64,000 nucleotides of DNA from Hemiscyllium ocellatum. Taxonomy: Eukaryota. Under the pieces are notes generated by a model, which was not told where the DNA came from, did no database searches, and was given only the letters and a program-made list of their open reading frames with translations. Positions 37,070 through 51,057 of the stretch are shown here, piece by piece (positions within the stretch are counted from its first letter, which is position 1; each line of letters opens with the position of its first letter). The position numbers and the translations under genes were made by a program. Location: assembly GCF_020745735.1 (NCBI RefSeq), contig NC_083435.1:45198498-45262497 (forward strand), in the 5' to 3' direction.

Positions 37070-38390
37070 GAACATAGAATATAGAACAGTACAGCATAGA
37101 ACAGGCCCTTCAGCCCACGATGTTATACCAACCACTGATCCTCATGTATGCACCCTCAAATTTCTGTGACCATATGCATGTCCAAATATCCCCAATAACC
37201 TTGCTTCCACAACTGCTGCTGGCAACGCATTCCATGGTCTTACAACTCTCTGTGTAAAGAACCCGCCTCTGACATCCCCTCTATACATTCTTCTAAACAG
37301 CATAAAACTATGACCCCTTGTGTTAGTCATTACTTCCCTGGGAAATAGTCTCTAGCTATCGACTCGATCTGTGCCTCTCATTATCTTGTATACCTCAATT
37401 AGGTCCCCTCTCCTCCCCCTTTTCTCCAATGAAAAAAGTCTGATCTCAGTCAACCTCTCTTCATAAGATAAACCCTCCAGTCCAGGCAGCGTCTTGGTAA
37501 ACCTCCTCTGAACCCTCTCCAAAGCATCCATATCTTTCCTATAATAGGCAGATCAGAACTGGACGCAGTATTCCAAGTCCGGTCTAACTAAAGTTTTATA
37601 GAGCTGCAACAATATCGCACGACTCTTAAACTCAATCCCCTGTTAATGAAAGCCAAAACACCACATGCTTTCTTAACAACCCTGTCCACTTGGGTGGCCA
37701 TTTTAAGGGATCTATGTATCTGCACACCAAGATTCATCTGTTCCTCCACACTGCCAAGAATCCTATCCTTAATCTTGTACTCAGCTTTCAAATTCAACCT
37801 TCCAAAATGCATCACCTCGCATTTATCCAGGTTGAACTCCATCTGCCACCTCGCATTTATCCAGGTTGAACTCCATCTGCCACCTCTCAGCCCATCTCTG
37901 CATCCTGTCAATGTCCTGCTGCAGCCTACAACAGCTCTCTATACTGTCAACAACACCTCCAATCTTTGTGTCATCTGCAAACTTGCTGACCCATCCTTCA
38001 ATCCCCTCATCCAAGTCATTAATAAAAATTACAAACAGTAGAGGCCCAAGGACAGAGCCCTGTGGAACACCACTCACCACAGACTTCCAGGCAGAATATT
38101 TTCTTTCTACTACCACTCACTGTCTTTTGTTGGCCAGCCAATTCTGGATCCAGACAGCTAAGTTCCCCTGTATCCCATTTCTCCTCACCTTCTGAATGAG
38201 CCTACCATGGGGAACCTTTTCAAATGCCTCGCTGAAGTCCATATACACCACGTCCACATCTCGACCCTCATCAACTTTTCTAGTCACATCCTCAAAGAAC
38301 TTGATAAGGTTTGTGAGGCATGACCTACCCCTCACAAAGCTGTGTTGACTGCATTTCATCAAGCCATGCTCTTCCAGATGGTCATAAATC
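37070..38390 (-). mobile_element. Relatively young CR1-type LINE 3' part
   Basis: SGVPQGSVLGPLLFVIFINDLD..SKFADDTKIGG; QHSFVRGRSCLTNL. Confidence 0.92.
37813..37880. repeat. Perfect 34-bp tandem duplication inside LINE RT
   Basis: cacctcgcatttatccaggttgaactccatctgc x2, followed by cacctc. Confidence 0.95.
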
Positions 38391-38699
38391 TTTTGTGTAT
38401 TCAGACAGACTGGGCTCTGGCACAGGCAGTCAGCTGCTTGTCAGACCGGTTAGTCCACGTGTGGAAGCCATACATTGATAAACAGCAATCTATCTGTAAT
38501 CTGTTTATCTGATTGTAATGCTTATCCTTTTAACTATGTCTTATTTCTAACTTGTGCGATGAATCAACTTGTTTTCTTCTTTATTCCTCTTTTTGTATCT
38601 AAGATTTGTATCTAGGTACTTTCTACCTAGGATGGCACCATGAGAGGTGATATTGTTAACTTTTCCTGTATTTCTGTTCTTGAGGACATAAGACAAAAA

Positions 38700-38940
38700 C
38701 CTAATTCAAATTCAAATTAAGAGTCTAATGATGACCATGAAACCATTGTCAATTGCTGAAAACCCATCTGGCTCACTCGTCCTTCCGGAAGGAAACTGCC
38801 GTCCTTACCCAGTATGTAACTCCAGATTCACAGCTATCTGGTTTTCTTTTCATTGCCATCTAGGGAATTAGAGATGGGTAATAACTACTAGCCTAGCCAG
38901 CTATTAGGATGCCCATATCCCCGAATTATTTTTTTTAAAA
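38700..38940 (+). mobile_element. SINE (second family), 5'-truncated
   Basis: aagagtctaatgatgaccatgaaaccattgtc..aacccatctgg..ggaaggaaactgcc..gggaattagagatggg. Confidence 0.75.
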
Positions 38941-39684
38941 CGCTGCTGGAATAAACACAAGCAATGAAAGTAACCAGCTTGGCCAGGGCACAGGATGCAC
39001 GGAGGATATGGAATTGGTAACAGGTATAACGGACAGCCAATCTCCCAAAGTCCATGTTGCTCTCTCTGGTTGAAAGGTTACCTCACGTCAGTGAAATTTC
39101 TCCAAAGCAATAGCTAAATCCTGGGCAGCACAGGCAACAAGTCGTCGTGTTTTCCACTTTACCCTTTGGAGAGATTGCGTAACTGGCAGTCAACCTGTCA
39201 TTGCTTTGTGACATAACCATGTAATCTGGAATCCTAAATCAAGGGACAATCCAAGAGAATGTGATCCTCCTCCTTCAACACACTGTCCTCTGGTACTGAG
39301 GATGACTTGCTTCCTCTGCGGCTCATGGGTTCAGAGATGCCTGAAATCTGCAGATTGTCTGACGACTGGGGTTGGTGCTGTTTGGAGAGAGTGAGAGCGC
39401 CTGGGCTGAATATGATGTGATTAGTTTTGAGAAACTGATGTCTGAGGAGGTCTGATGTGAGACCAGTGAATGACATGGTTCCCAGTGACTGACATTTCAA
39501 TGTTAGCCAGGTTTTCTTAGGAGAGCTGTTGGAATGTTCCTGCTGCCACTGGATTTGGAGGATATTCTGAAGATTTTGTTGCCAATATTTTTCTGGGGCT
39601 TTGCCTGCTATCGGCTGCTAGAGTGTCAGATACTGCTCATGATGTAGCTATATTTTGCTATAAATTCTGTGTCTTATGGTTCTG

Positions 39685-39781
39685 CTCCACAACTATCTGA
39701 TGAAGGAGCAGTGCGTCGAGAACTAGTGCTTCCAAATAAACCTGTTGGACTATAACCTGGTTTTGTGTGACTTTTAACTTC
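39685..39781 (+). mobile_element. PLE-end repeat with degenerate hammerhead
   Basis: ctgatga-a-ggagcagtgcgtc-gaga-actagtgcttccaaataaacctgttggactataacctgg. Confidence 0.65.
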
Positions 39782-40004
39782 AGATACGAATGCCAGAGTG
39801 TAATGGTGTTGGTGCTTACAGAAACCTTCAGCATTCCATGAGGGCTCAGTGATAGTGAATCTTCCTCTTCTGCTGAAGTGTGCTCACTGAGCTGTGCTCG
39901 AGATGTTTAATCTCAGAGTTGTCTCAAACAAAAAACTGAGCTCGTGGGAAATGCCCGGGAAATTGAAGACCACTCAAGTCCAAAACTTTCCGAATGAGGT
40001 GTTA

Positions 40005-40470
40005 CTCCCCACTCACCCACCCCTCCCAAAAAAACAATTTGCAAACCCCAAACTCAACCTGTCATTGACCCACCCCCACCAACCCCAACTCAACCCAGAA
40101 CTCTGAACCTGACCTCCTCAACCCATCAGTCCAACCTGCCGACATCCCAACAGACCAAACCCCTCTCCGAGGTCTCCTGTCCAATCGGTCCCACACTGCT
40201 GAGCCTGACACCAACTCCTCAAGCTGAAAAAATTTCCCCCTCCAAACCCCTCTCTTGAGCACCTCACTTGACACCCTTGCCATGTAATCCAGCAGTTACC
40301 CTGCCCCCCACCCCCCTCACCCTCCTGTCACCCTGACTCTCTTGCCCACCTCGCAGCCTACCTCTTCCACACACCTGGTACCCTATCCCTTCCTCACCTT
40401 CCTGCTACCCTACCTCCCTCACTCACTTGCCACCTTACCTCCCTCACTCATCTGACACCTCACCTCCCTC
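40005..40470. repeat. C-rich low-complexity tract
   Basis: Runs of cccc and repeated cacct/tacctccctcactca units. Confidence 0.6.
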
Positions 40471-40479
40471 AGACGAAAG

Positions 40480-41850
40480 GTGAAATGCAGCAGCAGGCAG
40501 GACAAAGGGAATGGTCAGGGCAGTGGGGGTTAAAGGTCAGAGCTGTTTGAACAAAAGACAACAAGCGTGGGAGTGCATTGCTCAAGAGCAGCTGTTAGTA
40601 ACAGAAGAAAGATAAGCCATGCCTGAAGGTAAAGCTTGAAACAAAATGCAAACAGGTAGTTGGGAGTAAAAATAATTTGAAAAATCAAAATGAACATTTT
40701 TCCTCTGAGTTTACCATGGAGAAAGACTTGAAGACTGAGCAAGTTACTGGTGATATCTTGGGGTCAGTCCATATCACAGCAGGGAAGGTGTTGGATATAT
40801 TAGAATGTATGACGGTGGATAAATCTCCTCATCCTGACCAGATATATCCAAGATTACTGCAAGAGGCGAGTAGAGAAGCAATTGAGGGGGTCCTGGCGAT
40901 ATATTTACATTATCGTTAGTCATGGCTTAGGGCAGACTGGAGAGTAGCGAATGTTGTGCCACTATTCAAGAAAGGTTGCAAAGAAAAGCTGGGAACTATA
41001 GACCAGTAAGCGTAACATCTGTGGTGAGTAAATTACTTGAGAAGATTCTGAGAGATAAGATATAGATGCATTTGGAAAGACAGGGTTTGATTAAGAGTAG
41101 TCAGCATAGCTTTGTGAATGGGAGATCATGCCTCACAATTTTGAGAAGTGACCAAGAAGGTTGACAAGGGCAGGGCAGTAGACATAGTCTATATGGATTT
41201 CAGTTAGGCCTTTGATAAGGTTTCACGTGACAAGTTGCTCAGAAGGTTAGATCGCATGGAACCCAGGGCGAGGTGGCATATTGGCTTTACGGTAGGATGC
41301 AGACAGTAATAGTGGAAAGGTGCTTGTCAGACTGGATGTCTATGACTGGTGGAGTGCATGAGGTGTTGGTGTTGGGCCCTTTATTGTTTATTATCTATTT
41401 CAATGCTTTGGATGAGAATGTATAAGGTATCATTAAGTTTGCTGATGACTAAAATAGGTGGTATCGTGAACAGTGCGGAAGGTTATTAGAAATTGCAGCA
41501 GGACCTTAATCAGCTGGGGAAGTGGGCCAAGAAATAGCAAATAGAGTTTAATATATATAAGTGTGAGGTCTTCCATATTGGAAAGTCAAATCAAGCCAGG
41601 AATTTCATGGTGAATGGTAGGGCCTTCAGGAGTGTTGTGGAGCAGAGGGATCTTGGAATTAAAGTTCACAGTTCTCTGAAAGTGGAGTCACAGGTAGACA
41701 GGTCAGTGAAGGCGGCTTTTGGCACACTAGCCTTCATCAGTCAGAACACTGAGTATAGAAGATGGGAAGTTATGTCACAGTTATACAGGACATTGGTGAA
41801 GCCGCACTTGGAGTATTTTGTTCAATTTTGGTAACCTTGTTATAGGAAGG
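40480..41850 (+). mobile_element. CR1-type LINE ORF2 fragment
   Basis: DKSPHPDQIYPRLL, PLFKKGCK..NYRPVS, KFADD, LVKPHLEYFVQFW. Confidence 0.88.
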
Positions 41851-42680
41851 ATCTGTATCCCTCTGCTCCATTCCCATTCATGCACCTGTCCAGATACATC
41901 TTAAATGACTCTACCGTGCCCGCCTCTGCCAGCTCCATTGGCAACGCATTCCAGGTACCCACCACCCTCTGTGTAAAGAACTTTCCACACATTATCTCCC
42001 TTTAACTTTTCCCCTCTCACTTTGAACTCGCAACCTCTAGTAATTGAGTTTCCCACTCTGGGAAAAAGCTTCTTGCTATTCATCCTGTCTATATCTCTCA
42101 TGATTTTGTAGACCTCAATCAGGTGAACCCTCAACTTTCATCCTTCTAATGAACATAATCCTAATATACTCAACCTTACTTCATAGAATCATAAACTTCC
42201 TACAGGTTGGAACAGACCCTTTGGCCTAACAAGTCCACACCAACCCTCCAAAGAGTAACCCACCCAGACCTATTCCCCAACCCTATTATCCTACATTTAC
42301 CCCAGGCTAATGCACCTCACCTCCATATCCCTGAATATTATTGGCAATTTAGCATGGCCAATTCACCTAACCTGCACACCTTTAGATTGTGGAAGGAAAC
42401 CAGAGCACCTGGAGGAAATCTATGCAGACACGGCGATAATGTGCAAGTTCTACACAGACAGTCGCCCAAGGTTGGTCTCTCGTGTTGTGAAGCAGCAGTG
42501 CTAACCACTGAGCCACAATGCCGCCCGAAACCTAGCTCCTCATAACCAGCATCCTCCATACCAGGCAAATTCCTGGTGAACCTCCTCTGCACCCTCTCCA
42601 AAGCATCCTCATCCTCTGGTAATGTGATAACCAGAACTGTACACAGTATTCCAAATCTATAAACCAAAAATCTATATGAG
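41851..42680 (-). mobile_element. CR1 3' fragment interrupted by a V-SINE (42182-42527, minus)
   Basis: LEYCVQFW..ALERVQRRFTR runs into the SINE head; LINE resumes below 42182. Confidence 0.85.
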
Positions 42681-43289
42681 CAACAACCAAGACTCCCACG
42701 TGTGACAAGCTGCACATTCTACTTGGCTGGCCTCTCCTGCTGTAAATTTGTGATTAACACCATCGACTAGAATCATTAGACTAATTTTATTAAATATTTT
42801 CTACCCTGGTTCTGTGCAATCTCAGTTTCCACTATTCCAAAACTTCAAGGGTTTGAACTCTAAGGTTTTAGTTGTTACGATACACCTAGCTTTATTTACT
42901 GCATTAATCCTCATGAGATAGTAACTTTCCTACTCCTCTATCACTAAAATTATGTAACATTTAACTGTAAGTAAGTTCCTGCTGTTCTCAATCTGCTAGG
43001 ATGAAAAAGGGTGTATAAGTGTGGTGACTTATCAATACTTACCACTGAAAACCTCTCTTAGCTTTTTGAAGCTCCATGATGGAAGTAGGAGCTGCATTGA
43101 AGAGTCTCCCGTGTTCCTGCAGCAGCGAGCAACAACTTCCCTCCTGGTCACTGTGACCCTGCTTGCATCCCGGCTGCTCCGACCTAAAAAAAAATAGAGA
43201 GAGTTTACTCTGTATCTAATCTTGTGCCGTCCCTGTCCTGGGACTATTTGATGGTGATAGTGTGAAGTTAGGTTTACTTTCAGTTTGAA

Positions 43290-44165
43290 AGAGAAAAGGA
43301 AGGGAAGGAAGGAGTCAGAGATAAACCAGATGAAAGTGAGAGTGGGTGGAAATTGGAAGTGAGGACAATGAACTTTTCCAACTTCAGATGAAATAGGGAA
43401 GTCACATCAATGATTTCATCAATATCTCGGAGAAAGAGTTATCGGAGGGGTGGGGTGGGAGTAGAATAGGACTGGAAAAAGGAATGTTTCATATACTCCA
43501 CAAAGAGACAGGCATAACGGGGAGTGCTGCGAATACACATGGCCACATGAGAGGAGTTAAAAGAGTAGGTGTTTAGGGTGAGGGTGAGCTCAATCAAGTG
43601 GAGGACAGTGGTGGTGGGTGGGGATGGTTGAGGTCTTTGTTCCAGGAAGAAGCAGAAGGCCCTGAGACCATCCTGGTAAAGGGATTGCATGTCCATGGTA
43701 AAGAGAAGGCAGTCGGAGCGTGCAAACCAGAAATTCCGAAACTGGCATAAAGCATCAGAGGGACGCGACAGGGACTGGATCGGGAAGGAAAGATTGAGTC
43801 AAAGTCAGAAGAGATGAATTCTGTGCGGCAGGAGCAGGCAGAACAATGGTCTACTGTGGCTGTCCTGGGTTTTCAGAACGAGATAGAAACGAGTTGGACG
43901 TGGCTGGAGGATGATCAGCTTTAGGCAATGGTGGGATGGTGGGGGTAGATCAACAGATGAAATGAGGTCAGTGACTGTAGTTGATACATGGTCTCCTGTG
44001 CCTTGGTGAGGTTATGGTAGAAGGGAAGCTAGGAAGGGGTATCTGAGAGCTGGTGCTCAGCATTTGTAATGTAGGGATCAGTACACCAGAGTACAACAGC
44101 ACCACCTTTATCAGCAGACTTCATAACAAAGTCTGGGTTGGATCTCAGCACATGGAGTGCAGGCA
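43290..44165 (-). mobile_element. Penelope-like reverse transcriptase fragment
   Basis: MDMQSLY..FFLEQRP..LIELTLTLNTYSFN..VAM..PRYACLF, then RYIDE. Confidence 0.8.
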
Positions 44166-44169
44166 GTTC

Positions 44170-44950
44170 CCCTGCAAACACTGATGGTGTAACACCTGCT
44201 CATTTCCATCCACCTTCCTCAGTATCCAAGAGCCCAAACAGAACTTTACCTACACTCTCACAATCAAGTCTACTGCATTCACTGCTCACAATGTAGTCAC
44301 CTCAGCATTGGGGAAATGAAGCACAGACTGGGTGACCATTTCATAGAACATCTACTTTCTGCCCACACAAAAAAATGACCCTGAGCTTTCAGTTGCCTGC
44401 CACTTTAACACCCCACCCTGTTCCCTGGCCGAGATCACTGTCTCAGGCTTGCTGCAGTGCTCCAGCAAAATTCAGGACAAGCTGGAAGACCAACACCTCA
44501 TTATCTGCTTGGGGATCCTGCAGCCCTCCAGATTCAGTATCAAGTTCAATAATTTTAAGAGTTTGAACTCCCCCATGTCCTAGCCCCCTACCACACACAC
44601 ACCAGGCCTCGTTATCACACAATCTGCCAAGACACACTACACATTGTTAGCCACTAACAGTCTCCATTAACAACTATTCACTCTCCCAGCCAGATTGTTA
44701 TTGACTTCTTTGTCTAACCAACTGTTGTCTCTCTTTGGGCTCTATCCCTACCTATTGTTTACTTCTTACCCCCTCCCCCACCTATCTTCTGCATATAAGA
44801 CCATAAGACATAGGAGTGGAAGTAAGGCCATTCAGATTTTCCAACTAACACCAGTTCTGAGGAAAGCTCACTGGGCACGAAACATTAACTTTATTTTCAC
44901 AGATTCTGCTAGACCAGCTGAGCTTTTCCAAGAACTTCTGTTTTGTAACT
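44170..44950 (+). mobile_element. Penelope-like GIY-YIG and 3' end, inverted relative to the adjacent RT
   Basis: VYCIHCSQC..SIGEMKHRLGDHFIEHL; ends in ctgagga..cgaaacatt and the family tail. Confidence 0.8.
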
Positions 44951-46879
44951 TTTCTTTTTGTTAAATTACTAATTGTTTAAAACAGTCGAGTCAGCTTTCC
45001 TCTGTATCTCACTCCATGCTCTTTGATGGGGGTAGTGTAGAAGGAAGTCTTGAGTTAGAGTCTTATAGATGGAAACAGAACATCTGGACCAAGTCATCCA
45101 TTACTGACCAGTTTTCCTGAAAAGAACTAATCACATTTATCTGCATTTGGCCCATATCCCTCTTAATCCTTGCCTATCCATGTCAAGATGGCTTTTGAAT
45201 GTTGCTATTGTACCAGCCTCCACCTCTTTGACAGCTCGTTCCATATATGCACCACACTGTGTGTGAATAAATTGTCCCTGAGGCCCCTTTTAAATCTTTC
45301 CTCTCTCATCTTAAAACTCTGCCTCTAGTTTTGGATTCCCTATCCTCAGGAAAACAACTTGGCAATTTAACTTAATGATACCTCCCTTGATTTTGTAAAA
45401 CTCTATAATGTCATCCCTCAGCCTCTTACACTGTAGGGAAAAAAATTTTCCAACCAACCTAGCCTCTCCTTATAACTCAAACCTTCCAATTTTGGTACCA
45501 TATTTTGAAATCTTTTTACACCCTTTCAAGTTTAATAACATCCTTCGTATAGAAGGGCAACCAGAATTGAATGCAGTACTCCAAAACAGTTCCAGGTCTG
45601 AGACAGCACAAGGTTAGACATGGAATAAAATTCATTCAACTCTTTTAAACTGACAGTAAAGCTCGCTGTTCTCTTTTGTACTGAAATTAGGTTTCTCTCT
45701 AAAGTGTCCCATCAGTACTTCCAGCACAAGGACACTATGGACCTACTTACAGGATAAAGCTCCTTCTACTCTTTTAATGAGAAATTCAAGCTCTATCAAC
45801 ACTCCCAGGACAGGTATAGTGTAGGGCAAGATACAGACTAAAGCTTCATCCACTTGGAATGAAGGGTCAGTCATTAGCACCGCTCCCAACATCATTAGGG
45901 ACCTGTTTTTGATTCTACCTTAGGTATATGTGGAGTTTGCACACACTGCCTGTGTCTTGGTTGATTTCCTCTGGGTGCTCCAGTTTCCTTCCACAGTCAA
46001 AAGACGTACAGATTTTCTGGATTGGCCTTGCTAAATTGTTCATAGATCCAAGGTTGTGCAGGTTCAGTGGATTAGCTCTGGGAAATGCAGAGTTATAGGG
46101 ATAGTGAAGGGGTCTGCATGGGCCACTGTTTGGAGGGTCACTATGAACTCAATGAGATGAATAGCCTGCTTCTACACTGCAGAGATTCAGTGATTCTCTG
46201 ATGCTCTTTTAAACTGTCAGTAAATGGAAACCATTTTAATCATTACTAGGGAACTAAACTGAGGACAGGTTCCAGAGCTAGGTGTCTTTGAGGAGCAGTG
46301 AGCCATCAGGAGGAGTAGCAGCATTGTATTCCACCATAATCTCAGAGCCCAGCAAAGTTCTCATTCCATGACTTTCACAAAAAAACTCTCCGTGTAACTA
46401 CAATCCCTCAATCCCAGAAGTGTTGTAAATTTCTTCCGTACCCTCTCTAAAATTCTGCATTGAACGCTCCCCAGGCCAGCTCAGCCTCTCTGCAACAAGC
46501 AGATTGAGTATCATCTCCATGAGCAAGACTCAGTCCACTTAGTTTCTCAAAAGTGGTGTCACAAGAATACAGGGTGGTGAAAAATGCATTTAACATGTTG
46601 CAGCCATAGTCAATGCACTTAGTGCAGGAATTGGGATATTACGTCCAAGATATTGGTAAAGCCACATGTGAAGGACTGCGTACAAGTCTGATAGTCATGC
46701 CATGGGAAGGATGTTATTAAATTTGAAAAGGTGCCAAAAACCTTCAAAAGGATATTACTGAGACTGGATGGTTTAAATTGGAAGGAGAGGCTGGATAGTC
46801 TTAAACCTATTTCTGTGGAGCATAGAAGGCTGAAAGGTGATTGTATAGAAGTTTAGAAAATCCTACGGGCATAGATAAC

Positions 46880-47701
46880 TGTTACAATGTGGAGGTTGAA
46901 TCCCTTCTTAATTAAACCAAACCCCAGAAAACCTTGACTCGCCCAGTAATCTGTTAAAATATGAATGACAGCGAACTCCTCAATTCCATTATTGAAAGAA
47001 AAATAACAATTTATTTTCTTAACTCTTAACAGTGAACACTAAACACAACTATTCACAAATGTGAGCCCTCCTTTTTTTCACTATTTACTATCTGACCCCA
47101 AGTCTATAAAAAAAACTGTTCCAATAACACACTTCTTAAACATTACACTAACTTACTCTCAAAGCCACACTATCTGTCTTCTGTCTTCCACCTGCTGAAC
47201 TTCCTGTGTCATTTTTTTTAATACGCGATTATGTTTTACATGAAATGATATCTTTGATAGAAAGGTTTTCTTGCTAATTTCTTTGACAGCAAGATGTTAG
47301 ATGGGCAGTTAGCTCTCTTTTACAGCAGTTGCTCCCTGATCAACGGCAGTTGCTCTTGAACCAATTTTCCAAATGCCCACATTTTTTTTATACCCACCCA
47401 CCGTGACACATTAAATTCTTACAGTTTGATTGGTTTCTGGGTGTCAAAACAATAACATTCAAATTCCACTGGGTTTTAGTATCCTGGGCATAACTTAAAC
47501 TGATTGGTTAAATTCGAATTGTTGTCAAACAGCAACCAAAACTCAACTGCCCACTTAACAGCCATTTGTGATGGATATCTATTTTGAAACAGCTCATCTC
47601 CCAGCCGTTCGGGTGGCTGAGCCTGGACTTCAAGTTTACTTCAAAATTCAGAAAACACTCTCTATTTTAAAGTGAACATACATGTTTTTGACTTTGTAGC
47701 A
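46880..47701 (-). repeat. 3' LTR
   Basis: tgttac..tgtagca; homologous to 51058-52381; adjacent to the PPT. Confidence 0.9.
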
Positions 47702-50700
47702 CCTCCCCTTTAGGAAAAAAGTGAACCATCATAATGAAAAGATGGCTTCACTTTTTTTTCCTAATTCTTACCATTAAATGAGATGCACATGTCATTAACT
47801 TCAATTATATCTTTCATTCTATTTTGGCACACATAGATAACATTAGAATCAGTTAAATCTTATCTACACTTTTTTCTTTAAATCCGCGATAACGCATCTG
47901 CTATCACATTTTGACTACCCGCAACATGTACAATTTGTAACTTAAAAATCTGTAACATAAGATTCAAATGAAACAGTCTCATATTTTTGTCTTTAAATCT
48001 TTTTAAAAGTGTGAGATTGTGGTCCGTGTACCCACTGTCTCCAACACGCTGTTCATCATATAAACATTAAAATGTTGTATGGCTAGTACCAAACTCAATA
48101 GTTCTTTTTCAATGGTGGAGTATTTCTGTGGTGGATATTGAGTTCATTCTGAAAAGCAACCCATTGGCTGTTCAATTCCATCATCATCTTCTTGCACCAA
48201 TACAGCTCCAACTTTAAAAGGTTTCAAAAACTTTGGTTCAGCTAAAACTGGTGCTGTGCTTAATGTGGCTGTTAACTTCTCAAATACCTCCTGGCATTGT
48301 TCTGTCCATTGAAATTTCATGTTCTTCTTTAGTAAATCTGTCAGCTGTGCCACCATGCTGCTGAAGTTTGGAGAAACTTCAAATGAAACAGTAGAATCCA
48401 TTCAGTCCCAAAAATCGAAGTACCTCTTTCTTAGAGGATGGTCATGGAAATTCCTCAATGGCCTCCGTCTTCACATTCTTTGATGTCAACCTTCCATGTC
48501 CGATGTTATGTCCCAAGAACATCACCTCTGCCTTCGCAAACTCTGTTTTCTTTAAGTTTCTTACCAGTTTTGCTTCTCGTAATCATTGAAAGAGCTCTGC
48601 CAACTGTACCACGCCATCTTTCCATGACTTGCTAAAGATCACTACATCATCCAGATAAACTGTGCAATTTGTTAATCTGGCCATAGCTTTGTTCATGAGT
48701 CTTTGGAAAGAGGCTGGTGCATTCTTCATTCCAAAGGGCATCACTTTGAATGGAGATAGCCCATTTGAGGTTACAACGCAGAAATGTCTTTCACTTTCTT
48801 TGATCAAGGTCCCTACCAATAACCACGCAGTAAATCCAACTTTCTGATGTAAGTGGCTTGACCAACTTTCTCTATACAGTCCTCCAAACTTGGTATTGCA
48901 TCAGAGTCCAATTTAGTTACGGCGTTAACTTTCCAATAGTCCACACAAAATCATTGAGTCCTGTCAGGTTTGGGACCTAACATGATCAGTGAACTCTGTT
49001 CACTCTGACTTAAGTTCAATGATGTCTTCATTGGGTATCACATCCACTTTCTTCTGGACCTGTGCAGCTTTGAGAGGACAAAGCTTAAAGGGGCGTTATT
49101 TTATCAGAACAGCATTCCCTACTTCCACCTCATGCACAATAGTACTAGTCCACCCCATTTTATTCCTGCATATATCCTCATACTGCTGCAACAAACCTTT
49201 CAACTTGGTTCTTTGTTCCTGAGACAAATACCTCACCATCCTATCCCATTCCCCAAGGACCTCATTATTTAAGGTTCTTTGAGGCACATCAAAATCCACA
49301 CCAGCTAGACTTGGTTCATCACTCTGCGGGGCAGTAACTAACACCTGTTTCCCCAGTATCTTGTCTCTCAAACAGTACGCTTTCAACATATTCAGATGAC
49401 ATACATGATCCTTTTTTTTTCTATTCAGTATCTTTAACAGACACTTTATCAGACTGTTACTTCCCCAGTGTTGATTTGGCTCTCCATCCTGATCTTACGT
49501 TGGAATGCTAAATTTCTATCTGTTCCATAAACTATCATCCACTCGGGTAAAATGTCAGAAGGAGTGAAAATATTTCCATATCTTACTATCAGAGACTGAC
49601 CAGATTCTGTATTTCATAAAATTGTAACTTCTTTCCCTTCTCCTCCTGTTCTTCCTGAGTAAACTTTACCCATAGAGGTGAAGTCTTTATCGAGATCTGT
49701 CACTAACTTAATACCCAGTCCCTGCCTGGGCTGTGCACTCTCCTGCAGCAATTCGGCTTTGCTGAGGTTTCCTGTACTACTTTCACTCATCTTGCTGGTT
49801 TAGCCTCTTTTTCCACATCTTTTCCCACAGTGCCTTTGTTCAACATACAGCACTGTGACTTTTGTGTCCACCTTACCACAGTAGAAACAGCTGAGGCCTT
49901 TCATCTCCTTTTCACCCCCTTGAGCTTCTTTTTTCTCCTGTGGTAAACTATTACCAGTGTGCTTTACTCTTTGTTTTGGAGTGAAGGATCTCCCCTTCTC
50001 CCAATTTCTATTCCTCACATGACAAAATTCCTGTCGGAAGCTAAATTTCACATCGTGTACCATCGCATATTCATCTGCCATCTCTGCCACTCTTCTCACT
50101 GCCTGAACTTACTGTTCAGTCACATGAATTCTTACTATCTCTGGAAGTGAGTTTTTAAACTTCTCCAGCAGAATAATCTGGATTAGAGACTTATATTTCT
50201 TGTCTATTTTCAGGCCAACACCACCTATCAAAATTACTATATTTATGTTGTGTTCAAAAGAATTAAATCTGACCTGGTACCTTCTTTCTGTTTCTGAACC
50301 ACTGTCTATGCGCTTCTGGTATCAATTCATAGGCATTGCAAATAGCCTTTTGACATCTGCATAATCTCTTGACTCCTCATCTGACAGCAGTGCGGATACC
50401 TCACTAGCTCTGCCTACTAGCTTAGCGTGAACTAGCATTACCCACACGTTCTCTGGCCGCTCCACCTGCCTAGCCAAGTTTTCAAATGAAATAAAGAAAA
50501 CGTTGACATCTTTCTCATCAAAATGTGGCAATGTTCTAACATATTTGTATACATCGCTACCATCTCCCTTCATCTTAATCCTGTTATCTTGACTTTCCTG
50601 ACTAACTTGCAACTTCAGAAGTTCAAATGCTCTCTCTTTCTTCTCGCTTTTCTCTTTGCTCAGCTAAGAACCTTCTCTCCCTTTTATCTCAAACTCTCGT

Positions 50701-51057
50701 TGCCTCATTTTCAATTTAAGTTTTTTCTAATTCTAATTACCTGTTTTTCTGATACACCTAAGTGCTTGACCAACTCCATTACAATTTCACATGTCCCTGG
50801 TTAAACCCAATTCTAACCTGCTTACTAATTCTGTAAGTATACTCTTCCTCTGTCTTTCATAACCTTCCTGACAAATTTGGGAAGCATCTTCAAACCTCAG
50901 AACCTCTTTAGCAATGTTAGCAACTATTTCCTCCACTTTTCTCACCTAATTTTTATTTAAAGGTGTAGGACACTAATAACTAAGTGTATAAATGTGCTGG
51001 GACCTTTTGTGCCCGGAATCTGTTCAAATCTAAATCCCAGAAGACAAGCCTCTAAAC

